Below, piece by piece: positions 38,880-48,653 of a stretch of DNA of 64,000 nucleotides (the first letter of the stretch is position 1; every line of letters begins with the position of its first letter). Both the position numbers and the translations under genes were made by a program. This DNA comes from Patescibacteria group bacterium (lineage in GTDB: Bacteria; Patescibacteriota; Minisyncoccia; Phycocordibacterales; UBA9973). The stretch is from NCBI GenBank assembly GCA_038063535.1, contig JBBTUV010000004.1, forward strand, positions 114,238 through 178,237. The letters run 5' to 3'. The notes beneath the pieces are model-generated. The model saw only the letters and a list, made by a program, of their open reading frames with translations, was not told the origin of the DNA and did not search any database.

Positions 38880-39710
38880 TTAATGTTCCTCATGATGCGT
38901 GGCTGCAATCGTGAAGTATACAAGAGTAAGAATAGCAAAAATCAGAGCCTGTATCAAGCCGACGAATATCTCAAGAAAGAGAAATGGGACGGGGAGAAGA
39001 TAGGAAAGAATGGCACTCATCGCAGCCAGAAGCACTTCCCCAGCGAAAATGTTGCCGAAAAGCCGGAAAGAGAGCGAGGCAACCTTGGCGAACTCCCCGA
39101 TAAGCTCGAGTATCCCCACAAAAAACGTGACCGGCGCGACCACCAGCACCGCGGGGTCGCGGCGGACACGAGTAAATACCCCCGCAAGGGCTTTGAGATT
39201 GAAAAACTTATTGAAGGTGCGCCAGGCCCCGATCGCGAAAATACCGAACAAGTTCGCTCCGATCACCGAAATGAGTGCGAGGCCGAGGGTGGTATTGATA
39301 TCCGCGGTACCGCTCCGAAGAAACGGAACAAAAGAAAGGCCATGTTCGTTCTGCTCGAGCACCCCGAATCCGCCGAGAGGGAGAAGGCCGAGCCAGTTGT
39401 TCACCAAGATAAAAAGGAAAACGGAGAAGGCGAGCGGAAAAACCGCGTTGGTGATCTTCCGGTCACCGGTGACCTGGTCTGCGAGAGAGAGCGCGCCTTC
39501 GAGAACAGCCTCGAAAAAATTCTGAATCCCGCGCGGAACTTCTCGGAGATTTCTTTTAAGGGCAAAAACAAAAACCACGATCGCAAGCACTGCGACCCAA
39601 CTTGTGACCAGGGCATTGGTGACCGGAAGCGGGCCGATGTGCCCGACCGGCTCGGCATAGAGGGTTGCTTCGTGGCTAATTTGTTGCGTCTGTTCCTCCA
39701 TTTGTTTCAA
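38880..39710 (-). CDS. atpB: Fo ATP synthase subunit a
   Basis: Multi-TM; essential Arg motif region LSFRLFGNIFAGE. Confidence 0.85.
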   Translation of the reverse strand: MKQMEEQTQQISHEATLYAEPVGHIGPLPVTNALVTSWVAVLAIVVFVFALKRNLREVPRGIQNFFEAVLEGALSLADQVTGDRKITNAVFPLAFSVFLFILVNNWLGLLPLGGFGVLEQNEHGLSFVPFLRSGTADINTTLGLALISVIGANLFGIFAIGAWRTFNKFFNLKALAGVFTRVRRDPAVLVVAPVTFFVGILELIGEFAKVASLSFRLFGNIFAGEVLLAAMSAILSYLLPVPFLFLEIFVGLIQALIFAILTLVYFTIAATHHEEH

Positions 39711-39927
39711 TTTCCTTAATGTATTTCTTCAAAGATTTCCAGATCCCTAAAATTGAGACCGCGAAGGCGATTATGGTCAACCCCAGAAATATCCAGGGTT
39801 TTGTGCCGAAATGCGAATCAAGTGCCTTACCACCCGCAAGAGCTGCGATTATCGGTATGGCTACCCAGGCTGAAATTTCCCCGAATATTTCTATGCCTTG
39901 CACCCAGCCGGGTTTCTTTTCGGTCAT
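39676..39927 (-). CDS. AtpZ/AtpI-like small membrane protein preceding the atp operon
   Basis: 83 aa, two predicted TM helices, position immediately upstream of atpB. Confidence 0.4.
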   Translation of the reverse strand: MTEKKPGWVQGIEIFGEISAWVAIPIIAALAGGKALDSHFGTKPWIFLGLTIIAFAVSILGIWKSLKKYIKEIETNGGTDATN

Positions 39928-39957
39928 TTGCCTAAATTATAATATATTTGATATAGT
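39928..39957 (+). promoter_or_regulatory. Putative promoter for tRNA-Ile (TTGCCT-18-TATAGT)
   Basis: Boxes read directly; moderate match. Confidence 0.3.
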
Positions 39958-39968
39958 TTTTCTACCAT

Positions 39969-40040
39969 GCGCGTGTAGTTCAGTGGTAGAACGCAGTCCT
40001 GATAAGACTGAGGCCGATGGTCCGATTCCATCCACGCGCA
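39969..40040 (+). tRNA. tRNA-Ile (anticodon GAU)
   Basis: Acceptor GCGCGTG/CACGCGC, D arm GTTC/GAAC, anticodon stem CAGTC/GACTG with loop CTGATAA, T arm GATGG-TCCGATT-CCATC, discriminator A. Confidence 0.85.
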
Positions 40041-40043
40041 CAA

Positions 40044-40078
40044 AAACAAAAAACACCCTTTCGGGTGTTTTTTGTTTT
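40044..40078. terminator. Bidirectional intrinsic terminator (A-run, AACACCC-TTTC-GGGTGTT hairpin, T-run)
   Basis: Hairpin flanked by A-tract 5' and T-tract 3'; sits between convergent tRNA-Ile (+) and the RRM gene (-). Confidence 0.55.
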
Positions 40079-40085
40079 GAGACAA

Positions 40086-40394
40086 TTATCGGCTTCCGTA
40101 ACCTCCACCGTATCCGCCTCCGCCTCCGCCGCCTCCTGTTCGGGGCTGCATCGGGCGAGCTTCGTTGACAGTAAGTTTCCTGCCGTCGAATTCCGCTCCG
40201 TTGAACATCTCTATCGCTTTGGCTGCATCGTCGGCGTTAGCCATTTCAACGAAACCGAAACCTTTTGAGCGACCGGACATTTTGTCCATGATAATCACCG
40301 CGGAAGTAACTTCCCCGGCTTTTGCGAAGTGGTCCCTGAGAGCATCTTCTGTGCTCGAGTAAGGGAGACCCCCCACATATAGCTTTGTAGCCAT
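40086..40394 (-). CDS. Glycine-rich RNA-binding protein (single RRM)
   Basis: RNP2 LYVGGL and RNP1 KGFGFVEM motifs; C-terminal GGGGGGGGYGGGYGSR tail. Confidence 0.85.
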   Translation of the reverse strand: MATKLYVGGLPYSSTEDALRDHFAKAGEVTSAVIIMDKMSGRSKGFGFVEMANADDAAKAIEMFNGAEFDGRKLTVNEARPMQPRTGGGGGGGGYGGGYGSR

Positions 40395-40560
40395 CTATAC
40401 TTTCTCCCGTTTTAATAAACGGGCAAACACTACTTTTAATATCCCGACTCTTGGTCGTGGACGTAGCACTCTAGTCGCTCAATTGGCTTGCATAAACAAA
40501 ACAATAGGCCTAAAAAGAAACTACGGGGTCGAGTATAGCACCAATCGGAGTAAATAGCAA

Positions 40561-41517
40561 TTATTCTCCTGCTTCCCCTGATTCGAGTGCCTCCACTACC
40601 TCCTCGATCTCCCCCTCCATGATGTGCGGAAGGTTGTGCCAGGATTTGCCAGCGCGGTGGTCGGTCAGGCGATCCTGGGGGAAATTGTAGGTGCGGATTT
40701 TTTCTGATCGGTCAGCGGTGCCGATCTGTTCTTTGCGCTCGCCGGCGTACTTGGCCGCTTCCTGTTCTTCTTCGAGCTGTTGGAGTTTTGCGGCGAGGAT
40801 CGACATTGCATGTTCGCGGTTCGCCTGCTGGCTTCTTTCGTTTGTCGAGCGCACGTCGATACCGGTCGGTTTGTGGACGAGGCGCACTGCCGTTTCAACT
40901 TTATTTACGTTCTGTCCACCCTTCCCTCCTGAACGAGAATACTCCATCTCGATGTCGGCGGGGTTTATGACAACGCTCACTTTTTTTCGGAGCGGCAAAA
41001 CCGCGACTGATGCGGTCGAAGTATGCACCCGCCCGTTCTTTTCGGTTGCGGGAATTCTCTGCACTCTATGCACCCCTGTCTCGTGTCGAAGTAGTTTGTA
41101 GACATCCTTGCCTTTTAGCTCGAAGCTCGCTTCCTTGTAGCCGCGAAGTTCGCTTTTGGATTCATAATTCACCCGCCATTGCCAGCCACGCGTCTCGGCG
41201 AATTTCTCGTACATGTGCGCAAGCTCCCAGGCGAAAAGCGAAGCCTCTTCCCCGCCGGCGCCGGCGCGAACTTCAAGTACTACTTCAGTTGGGAATTCCT
41301 CTTCTTCTTCTTTATCCTTCGCTAAAATATCTCTTATCTGTCTTTCGATATTTTTTTTCTGCGTTTCTATTTCTTCGAGTTCTTTTGCGGCAAGCTCATG
41401 CAGGCTCTCGTCGCCAGACAGCATCTCACGAACTTCTGCCTCCTTACGCTCGAGCCCCTCTAGCATCCCGGCCAAATAATTGGTCCGGTGATCTTTTTTT
41501 AGCTCCACAATGTCCAT
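40561..41517 (-). CDS. prfA: Peptide chain release factor 1 (short form)
   Basis: GGQ motif ([16 protein letters not shown]) and PAT tripeptide ([14 protein letters not shown]) indicating RF1 rather than RF2. Confidence 0.8.
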   Translation of the reverse strand: MDIVELKKDHRTNYLAGMLEGLERKEAEVREMLSGDESLHELAAKELEEIETQKKNIERQIRDILAKDKEEEEEFPTEVVLEVRAGAGGEEASLFAWELAHMYEKFAETRGWQWRVNYESKSELRGYKEASFELKGKDVYKLLRHETGVHRVQRIPATEKNGRVHTSTASVAVLPLRKKVSVVINPADIEMEYSRSGGKGGQNVNKVETAVRLVHKPTGIDVRSTNERSQQANREHAMSILAAKLQQLEEEQEAAKYAGERKEQIGTADRSEKIRTYNFPQDRLTDHRAGKSWHNLPHIMEGEIEEVVEALESGEAGE

Positions 41518-41748
41518 TTATTTTTTTACTTTAGCGCGAGCGACGGTTGTCTTTGCGGCTCGCTTCTTGAAGCGCTCAACCCGGCCGGCCGTGTCAACAA
41601 TTTTCTCGTTCCCAGTATAAAAAGGGTGGCAGGCACTGCAAATTTCTACCTGGATCTCAGGCATGGTCGAGCCAACACGATAAACCGCCCCGCAAGCGCA
41701 GGTGGCTTTCGCGCCCTCGTAATATTTCGGATGTATCTCTGATTTCAC
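41518..41748 (-). CDS. rpmE: 50S ribosomal protein L31
   Basis: MKSEIHPKYY...CxC...CSACHPFYTG zinc-binding L31 signature. Confidence 0.9.
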   Translation of the reverse strand: MKSEIHPKYYEGAKATCACGAVYRVGSTMPEIQVEICSACHPFYTGNEKIVDTAGRVERFKKRAAKTTVARAKVKK

Positions 41749-41784
41749 ATTGTGATTCTAGCATGAAATCATACTCTCTGCAAA

Positions 41785-43128
41785 TTACTCGAGCAAATCG
41801 ATGTTCGCCTGTATGCCTGCCTTGATCCTGGCTACGCTGGCCCCGTACGAGCAACTCGTGCCGCCGGCGCCGTAATATCTGCAGGCAGCAATGTTCTGCG
41901 CGCTCTGGCTTGTCCCAATAGCACCCAAGTCAGAAAGATACATGCCGGAGGCAAAGAACGCATCGCGTGGCACCCAAGGGCTCGGATAGCGACCCAGGAG
42001 GCCTTGCAAGCGTGATTCGAACAATTTCCAGGTTGAAGGAATAAACTGCGCCGCCCCCATTGCCCCGCCCCAGCCGGCGACACCCGCGATCGGACAAGAA
42101 ACCGGGGTCTGGAACGGATCGAGACCGAGTTTCTTCGTAATTTCAAGGAACGGCCCGACATCGCGCGTGGGCTTCATTAAGTTTATGAAGGGTGTACCGG
42201 TATTTTTTCCAACTCCCGCGCCGGTCGCCGTATTGGTAAGGAGACACTGGCCAACATTCGCACCCAAGTTCGATTCTTGAGTGAGAATGGCCAAAAGGAA
42301 CGCCGGGTCGACACCAAAGGCGCCTTTGACTTCATAGGCATAGGCAAGTGCAGTACCGAACTCAATTTTTTGCGTAGTGTTGGCGAGAGGAAAAAGTGCG
42401 GCGCGGATGCGAGCGGCCCGCGCTCTTTTTTCGGCCGCGAGTTTCTGGTATTCAGACTCCTTCTGTTTGGAGACCACAAGCAATTGTTTTTTCTCCGTTT
42501 CCGATCGTGCAACTTTTCTCTGTGCTCCCTCAAGCTCCGCTCTTGCGTCGGTCTCCGCGTTTTGCTTTTCTTCCAGTCCTTTTTTCTCGACTTCGGTTGT
42601 CGTCTTTACGCCACGAAGTTCGTCCACTGCATTTTTAACCGCCTTCTTGATCGAAGAATACGATTCGACGTCGCTGTAAAAATCGGAGATGCTCGCATCC
42701 GAAAGTATCAGGTGGATAATGCTCTCCTGATCGAACTCATTGGTGTTCCGAAGGAGCTGCGCGATCGACTCCTGCTGACTTCTGATCTTCTCCTCAAGCG
42801 TCCGGATAGTGGAATTCTTTTCCCCGATCGAGACTTTAATCTGGGCGATCGCGAACGAGCGCGCTTTTATTTTCGCCTTGAGCGCATTTATCTGGCTGGT
42901 GAGATAGCTGATATCCCCCTGAAGCGTCCCGCTATTTTTTCTCTGGGCATCTTGCTTTTTAAGGAGCTCCGCTAGTTCCGCTTCGATTTGGGTAAGTTCT
43001 TTTTTGCAAAAATTCTTGTCAGCGCTGCTCGAGTTTGTGGTAATGGTAAGACAATCTACTGCGAATATCCTGCCTCCAAGGAGAAGTAATGAAACAACAA
43101 AAAGACATATGGCTGCTTTTCGGACCAT
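41785..43128 (-). CDS. Secreted coiled-coil protein with C-terminal MltB-like lytic transglycosylase domain
   Basis: Signal/TM N-terminus; ~230 aa heptad-rich region; C-terminal LAILTQESNLG...GAMGAAQFIPSTW resembles lytic murein transglycosylase B motifs. Confidence 0.6.
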   Translation of the reverse strand: MVRKAAICLFVVSLLLLGGRIFAVDCLTITTNSSSADKNFCKKELTQIEAELAELLKKQDAQRKNSGTLQGDISYLTSQINALKAKIKARSFAIAQIKVSIGEKNSTIRTLEEKIRSQQESIAQLLRNTNEFDQESIIHLILSDASISDFYSDVESYSSIKKAVKNAVDELRGVKTTTEVEKKGLEEKQNAETDARAELEGAQRKVARSETEKKQLLVVSKQKESEYQKLAAEKRARAARIRAALFPLANTTQKIEFGTALAYAYEVKGAFGVDPAFLLAILTQESNLGANVGQCLLTNTATGAGVGKNTGTPFINLMKPTRDVGPFLEITKKLGLDPFQTPVSCPIAGVAGWGGAMGAAQFIPSTWKLFESRLQGLLGRYPSPWVPRDAFFASGMYLSDLGAIGTSQSAQNIAACRYYGAGGTSCSYGASVARIKAGIQANIDLLE

Positions 43129-43146
43129 ATGTTTATTATAACATGC

Positions 43147-43851
43147 CTACTTTTTCTCCTTCTTTTTCCCGACGTTTTCAGTTGGGACTCCGGCCCCTGC
43201 AGGCGTCGGTGCCTCCGCTTCAGCCTCTGCTCCCTCTTCTTCCTGTTTGCCCTTCTTCTCGACTTCGATCGCGGAAAGGTCAACCGGCGCTTCCTCAACT
43301 TTTTCTTCAACTTGCGCGACCATAGATGCAACTACTTCCTCGGGATTGTTTAAAATTTCCACCCCTTGCGGAACTTTAATATCAGAAATGACGACATTGT
43401 CCTCAAGGGTCCGGAGTTTAGAAATGTCGACCGCGAGGTTGTGTGGCAAGTCTTTCGGCAGCGCCTCGACTTCAACCTCGTGAAGCACTTTTACCAGGTT
43501 CCCAAGCCCTGCTTTGACCGCTTCGGATACACCGGCGTATTCAAGCGACACTTTGACTTTGATCTTCTTTGTCATGTCGATAGCGAGAAAATCCACGTGG
43601 ATCGGCTCGTCCGTTACCGGATCAACTTGTACCTCGTGGATAAGCGTATCGACGTTCTCCTCCGGAGTCTTCACCTGGACCGCGGTGGATTCCCCCGCCG
43701 CGCGCCAGATCTTCTTAAAAGCTGAAGTTGCAACCTCGATCGAGGTGCTTTTCTTGCCCGCACCGTAAAAAACAGCCGGGATTATGCCGGTTTTGCGTAA
43801 TTTATGCGACCCGGTGCTTGAATTTCGCCTTTTGGCTTCGATGGCTAGCAT
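43147..43851 (-). CDS. 50S ribosomal protein L25 / general stress protein Ctc
   Basis: N-terminal RRNSSTGSHKLRKTGIIPAVFYG; acidic C-terminal extension as in Ctc-type L25. Confidence 0.85.
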   Translation of the reverse strand: MLAIEAKRRNSSTGSHKLRKTGIIPAVFYGAGKKSTSIEVATSAFKKIWRAAGESTAVQVKTPEENVDTLIHEVQVDPVTDEPIHVDFLAIDMTKKIKVKVSLEYAGVSEAVKAGLGNLVKVLHEVEVEALPKDLPHNLAVDISKLRTLEDNVVISDIKVPQGVEILNNPEEVVASMVAQVEEKVEEAPVDLSAIEVEKKGKQEEEGAEAEAEAPTPAGAGVPTENVGKKKEKK

Positions 43852-43893
43852 GAAAAAGATTATACGGAAATGGGATTAAATTGCAATCCCGAA

Positions 43894-45540
43894 CTAGATT
43901 CCGTGATTGCCCGGGTGTTCGAGGGCAATATGAGATGTGATGTACTCTTTTGTTCCAGGGCCGCCCGGGACTGGAACTTTTTTACCAGGGTTAAGGATAT
44001 TTTTGGGGTCGAAAATACTTTTCACGTCGCGGAATATTCCTATCATTCGCTCGCCGAACATCTTTTTAAGAAAGGGGGTACGGATAAGGCCGTCGTTATG
44101 CTCAGCGGTGATCGAGCCGTGATACCTAAGCACTAAGTCGTAAACTTCCTCCGAAAGCGAATGAATGATCTCGGGCACATCGGGTCTCGAAAAATCCATC
44201 AGAGGAATGACATGGAAGTTGCCGTCGCCGGCATGGCCGGCGATGGTGTAGACGAGTTTATACTTCCCCAAAATTTGGTTGAGCTCCGGCAGAAATTTCG
44301 ACAAAAATTCCGGGCGCACAATGATGTCGTCGACAAAGGGCGCTGTTCGCTTACCCTTGATGTGCTTGCGGAGGAGATTGAAACTCTCGCGCCGGATGCT
44401 CCAGAATTTCTCGGCCTCATCCCTATCTTTCGTAATGTGAATTTTCATCTTGAAGTTGGCGATATTTTTTGTCATCGCCCGGCATTTGTCATCAGTCTCC
44501 CTCTCACTTGTCCCGGAAAACTCCGCCAAAACGACCAATTTCGGAAACCCGCCCCGGAGAACCATGAGAAACTCCGGCAGGAAAACTTTGAAAAATTTGA
44601 AGGCCTCGACGAGGGTTTTCTTCTTCAAAAACTCCCGAAAGAACCGCACAGCAAGCCAGAGAGTCTTGTCGTCGTACGCCTCAAGCGTCTCGGGCTTGCT
44701 TTCCAAAATCTCTCCGACCAAGCGCCCCAAGGGCTCGAGGTCGCGCATAAAGATCACTACCAGTTTCGAGTACTTCTCGATCGGAACAAGCTTGAAGGTT
44801 ATCTCCGTTGCGATGCCGAGCGTTCCCTGCGAGCCGACCAGCAACCTATTCAAGTCGAAGACGTTATCGCGCATCACATTCCATAAATAGTAGCCGGCGG
44901 AATTTTTGTGAACATCGGGCTTCGCAAGTCGAATTTCTTCCTCGTTTGCTTTGATCAGGCTGTAAATTTTTTTGTAAATCTCATCTTTACTGGCAAGCTC
45001 CGCGAGAGGAAAAGCTTCTACGGTTCTCTCTGACCCGTCGGCGAAGACGACCTTGGTTCGTACGATAAACTTTTCCGTTTTCCCGTATTTGAGGGTCTTC
45101 TCCCCAGCCGCGTTGTTTCCGAACATCCCACCCATGGCGTTCAGGGATTTTGAGGCGGTGTAGGTGGGCAGGATGAGCCCCCGCTTGAGAGTGATTTCCT
45201 CGAAATCCCTATAAAGCATGCCGGGCTCGACTGTGATCTCGTCCCCAGAAAAAGAGACAAGCTTGTTCATGTATTTAGTAAAGTCGAGGACTATCGACTC
45301 ACCGATCGCACCGCCGGACATGTCGGTTCCGGCGCATCTTGCCGTGATCGAAAGATCTGGGTATTTCTCTTTGTTTTTTGAGACCCATTCAACGAGGTTC
45401 ACAACGTCATCGCTATCGAGCGGATAAAGCACGAGCTTCGGCCTGACTTCAAAAATGCTCGCGTCCTTGGAGTATTTATCGAGCGTCTCCGGCCTGTCAT
45501 CCGCCACTCCCCTGAAAAATTTTAGGATTTCTTCTTTCAT
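43894..45540 (-). CDS. FAD-linked oxidase (D-lactate dehydrogenase / GlcD-like)
   Basis: 548 aa; N-terminal FAD-binding PCMH-like region (ARCAGTDMSGGAIGESIVLDF); length and composition fit FAD_binding_4 + FAD-oxidase_C. Confidence 0.65.
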   Translation of the reverse strand: MKEEILKFFRGVADDRPETLDKYSKDASIFEVRPKLVLYPLDSDDVVNLVEWVSKNKEKYPDLSITARCAGTDMSGGAIGESIVLDFTKYMNKLVSFSGDEITVEPGMLYRDFEEITLKRGLILPTYTASKSLNAMGGMFGNNAAGEKTLKYGKTEKFIVRTKVVFADGSERTVEAFPLAELASKDEIYKKIYSLIKANEEEIRLAKPDVHKNSAGYYLWNVMRDNVFDLNRLLVGSQGTLGIATEITFKLVPIEKYSKLVVIFMRDLEPLGRLVGEILESKPETLEAYDDKTLWLAVRFFREFLKKKTLVEAFKFFKVFLPEFLMVLRGGFPKLVVLAEFSGTSERETDDKCRAMTKNIANFKMKIHITKDRDEAEKFWSIRRESFNLLRKHIKGKRTAPFVDDIIVRPEFLSKFLPELNQILGKYKLVYTIAGHAGDGNFHVIPLMDFSRPDVPEIIHSLSEEVYDLVLRYHGSITAEHNDGLIRTPFLKKMFGERMIGIFRDVKSIFDPKNILNPGKKVPVPGGPGTKEYITSHIALEHPGNHGI

Positions 45541-46535
45541 TTATGTTTCCCCACCGAGGCAAGGCTGTTGCGCTTCGCGGCATCGAGCAAAAGTTTTTGT
45601 GCTCCCGCTATATCGTCGCGATGCTCCGCCCAGTATATAAGGACCGAGTTCTGGAGAGCACGGGAGTACGAGAAAGTTAAATTCCAGGGCAAGGGGCCTT
45701 GCTTGTGCATTTCATTCAGGTGAAGCGAAGCCTTTTCCTCGGTCTGGCCGCCAGAGAGGAAAACAATTCCCTTTACCTCTGCGGGCACATGAGCCTTAAG
45801 GCATTTAAGAGTAAGTTCGGCGACCTTTTCAGGCGGCGTCTTCGCTGGCGCGTCCTTGCCGGCAAGCACCATATTTGATTTTAAAATTAATCCGGAGAGG
45901 TATGCGCCGGAATTTTTGAGCTCGCTGAAAACTACGTCGAGGTTCTTTGCCGTGGCTTGGTAACACTCCTCTGCGGAATAGTCTCCGTCAAGGAGAACTT
46001 CGGGCTCAATGATAGGGACGATATCGCGCTCTTGGCAGAGGCGGACATATTCGGAGAAAATCTCTGCGTTCATTTCCATGCATTTTTCGCTTGGTGTGCC
46101 TTTGCCGACCGAATAGACCGCCCGCCACTTGGCAAAAGTCGCACACATGAGTTTGTATTCATCGAGCCGTGCGGCAAGCCCCTCGAGTCCTTTGGTGAAT
46201 TTCTCCCCAGCGCTCTCCGGAATATCCCCGAGGCCAGCATCAACTTTTATGCCAACGTCGATGCCTTTTGATTCAAGTGCTGCGGTGAAACTCTTTTCCT
46301 CAGCCGTCTTTTGTTTTATCGTCTCGTCATATAAAATAACACCGGAAATATATTGTTCCAGCCCCGGCGCAGTAAAAAGAAGCTCACGATATTGTCTTCG
46401 GTTCTCTTCGGTTTCCGGAATTCCGACGGCGGCAAAGCGTTTGTTGCAGGTCGGATTGCTCTCATCGGCGGCCAAAATTCCTTTGGGAGAGTCAGTCAAG
46501 CGGGCAACGGTATTTTCTAATATAGTTTTGTTCAT
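45537..46535 (-). CDS. fba: Fructose-bisphosphate aldolase, class I (eukaryotic-type)
   Basis: ILAADESNPTCNKRF...TEENRRQYRELLFTA...GVILYDETIKQ closely resembles class I FBA signatures. Confidence 0.85.
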   Translation of the reverse strand: MNKTILENTVARLTDSPKGILAADESNPTCNKRFAAVGIPETEENRRQYRELLFTAPGLEQYISGVILYDETIKQKTAEEKSFTAALESKGIDVGIKVDAGLGDIPESAGEKFTKGLEGLAARLDEYKLMCATFAKWRAVYSVGKGTPSEKCMEMNAEIFSEYVRLCQERDIVPIIEPEVLLDGDYSAEECYQATAKNLDVVFSELKNSGAYLSGLILKSNMVLAGKDAPAKTPPEKVAELTLKCLKAHVPAEVKGIVFLSGGQTEEKASLHLNEMHKQGPLPWNLTFSYSRALQNSVLIYWAEHRDDIAGAQKLLLDAAKRNSLASVGKHK

Positions 46536-46538
46536 AAA

Positions 46539-47951
46539 TTATTCAAGTAGCTTAACTAATATTTGCTTTGCGACCTGGGGATTCGCCGAGCCTTTCGTCT
46601 CGCGCATCATCGCCCCGACCAAGGACATAAGCGCGGCTTCTTTGCCTTTCTTATAATCTTCCGCAACTTTTTGATTGGCCATGATAATCTTTTCAGCGAT
46701 TTGTGTGAGCTCCCCTTCATCACTTTTTTGTAACAACCCCTCTTTCTCTGCAATCTCTGATGGCGATATATCGCTATCCGTCACCATCTTTGCCAAAATG
46801 TCCTTTGCTACTCGGGAGGAAATTTTATTCTCTGCTGTCAAATTTATAAGCTCGGCGAAATTTTCCGCTCTTATAGCCCCTCTTTTATCCAATCCCAGGT
46901 AATCTGTCGTAATGTAATTGGATGCTAATTTAACTTTTCTCTTATCCCTCAGGATTTGCGCAATCGCTTCAAACCAAACCGCGAGCGATGGATTCTCGAC
47001 ATATACTTCTACATCCTCGTTTTTTGTCCCGTAATCTCTTCCGTATCTCTTTCGCTTTTCTTCCGGCAATTCCGGCAATTCTTTTTCCATTTTCTTGAGA
47101 TCGAATGCCTCGTGCAAGTGCATCTTCGGCAGATCCGGGTCCGGGAAATACCTGTAGTCGTGGCTTGATTCTTTGCGCCTCTGAGAGTATGTCTTTTGTT
47201 TCTCTTCGTCCCAACCACGGGTTTCCTGGACTATCTCGCTCTCCTTCCTCTCTTTGTACAGCTCGAGCATCCGATCAAGCTCGAATTTGATAGCCCGCTC
47301 GACGCTGCGAAAAGAATTCAGGTTTTTTACTTCAACTTTCGTGCCAAACTTTTTCTTTTCCGGCGAGACCGATATGTTTGCCTCTACACGCATCTCTCCC
47401 TTCTCCATGTTCGCTTCCGAGGCGCCGAGGTACCAGAGCACGAGTTGGAATTCTTTGGAAAAAACTGCTGCCGCCTTCGCGGCTTCCTCTGCGCTCCCGA
47501 AAACATGCGGCTCGGTGACAAGTTCCATCAAGGGCACGCCTGCGCGATTGAAGTCGACAAGGGAGAAATCTTTTTCATGCTTGTTTGTCCCCGTGTCTTC
47601 CTCAAGGTGCACGCGCGTGATATCGAAACCGCGGAGATGCCCGCCGGTCACGATTGGGTACTTATACTGCGAGATCTGGTAGCCTTTTGGAATATCGGGG
47701 TAAAAATAATTTTTTCGGTCGAACTCCGTGAAATCGGCGATCTTCCCGCCGAGCGCGAGGCCGACCTTTATCACATGCTCTATGGCCTTTTTGTTGGGAA
47801 CCGGCAATGCTCCTGGATGAGCCGTGCAAACCGGGCAGATGTTGGTGTTCGGAATTTTCTCATCGGGATCGTTTTTGCAACCGCAGAACATCTTGGTGCG
47901 AGTCGCGAGCTCCGCGTGCACTTCCAGCCCGACCACGAAGTGATATGCCAT
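46539..47951 (-). CDS. gatB: Asp/Glu-tRNA(Asn/Gln) amidotransferase subunit B
   Basis: VGLEVHAELATRTKMFCGCKNDP N-terminus; C-terminal YqeY-like domain. Confidence 0.9.
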   Translation of the reverse strand: MAYHFVVGLEVHAELATRTKMFCGCKNDPDEKIPNTNICPVCTAHPGALPVPNKKAIEHVIKVGLALGGKIADFTEFDRKNYFYPDIPKGYQISQYKYPIVTGGHLRGFDITRVHLEEDTGTNKHEKDFSLVDFNRAGVPLMELVTEPHVFGSAEEAAKAAAVFSKEFQLVLWYLGASEANMEKGEMRVEANISVSPEKKKFGTKVEVKNLNSFRSVERAIKFELDRMLELYKERKESEIVQETRGWDEEKQKTYSQRRKESSHDYRYFPDPDLPKMHLHEAFDLKKMEKELPELPEEKRKRYGRDYGTKNEDVEVYVENPSLAVWFEAIAQILRDKRKVKLASNYITTDYLGLDKRGAIRAENFAELINLTAENKISSRVAKDILAKMVTDSDISPSEIAEKEGLLQKSDEGELTQIAEKIIMANQKVAEDYKKGKEAALMSLVGAMMRETKGSANPQVAKQILVKLLE

Positions 47952-47965
47952 GATAACTAATTATA

Positions 47966-48646
47966 TCAAACTTTTTGCGTTATTTCCTTCACGATCTTTC
48001 CGTCATCGAGGTGAATGATACGGTTGCAGTACTTGGCATATTCATCCTCGTGAGTGACCATCACTATCGTCTGGCCCTTCTGATTCAATTCCTTGAAGAG
48101 TTCGATCACGGCACTGCCGGAGACGCTGTCGAGGTTCGCGGTCGGCTCGTCGGCAAAGAGAATTTTCGGCCTGTGGGCAATGGCACGAGCGACCGCGACC
48201 CGCTGCTGTTCTCCGCCGGAGAGCTGACTGGGCAGGTTCTCGAACCGGTGCCCGAGCCCCACTTTTCCAAGCGCCTCCTCGGCGTTTTTATAAGCAGCGC
48301 TTTTGTCCATGTCCTGCATGAGCAGCGGCAGAACGACGTTCTCGAGCGCGCTCATTTCCGGAAGCAAGGCGTAATCTTGAAACACATATCCGAGACGAGT
48401 CAGACGGAAAAAAGTCTTTTCGCCGATGGTCATCGCGTGGGTATCGCGTCCATCGACCTCGATCTCTCCGCTCGTCGGCTCGTCAAGAAGGCTCATCTGG
48501 TAAAGAAAAGTGCTCTTGCCCGCTCCAGAGCGCCCTATGATGCCGATGAACTCTCCATTCTCCGCTACAAAGTCTATGCCCTTGAGTACATCGGTCACCT
48601 GATCTCCGTCTTTGAATGATTTTTTTAAATTTTTTACTTTGATCAT
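47966..48646 (-). CDS. ABC transporter ATP-binding protein (MacB/LolD-like)
   Basis: Start placed at MIKVKNLKK; Walker A GRSGAGKST; LSGGEQQRVAVARA signature; Walker B ILFADEPTANLD. Confidence 0.85.
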   Translation of the reverse strand: MIKVKNLKKSFKDGDQVTDVLKGIDFVAENGEFIGIIGRSGAGKSTFLYQMSLLDEPTSGEIEVDGRDTHAMTIGEKTFFRLTRLGYVFQDYALLPEMSALENVVLPLLMQDMDKSAAYKNAEEALGKVGLGHRFENLPSQLSGGEQQRVAVARAIAHRPKILFADEPTANLDSVSGSAVIELFKELNQKGQTIVMVTHEDEYAKYCNRIIHLDDGKIVKEITQKV

Positions 48647-48653
48647 TTTTAAA

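Noticed and set aside
38883-39719. 278-aa + strand ORF opposite atpB
   Set aside because: Shadow of the a-subunit gene; basic low-complexity translation.
44161-44886. 241-aa and 146-aa + strand ORFs inside the FAD-oxidase gene
   Set aside because: Antisense shadow ORFs.
47196-47960. 254-aa + strand ORF inside gatB
   Set aside because: Antisense shadow ORF.
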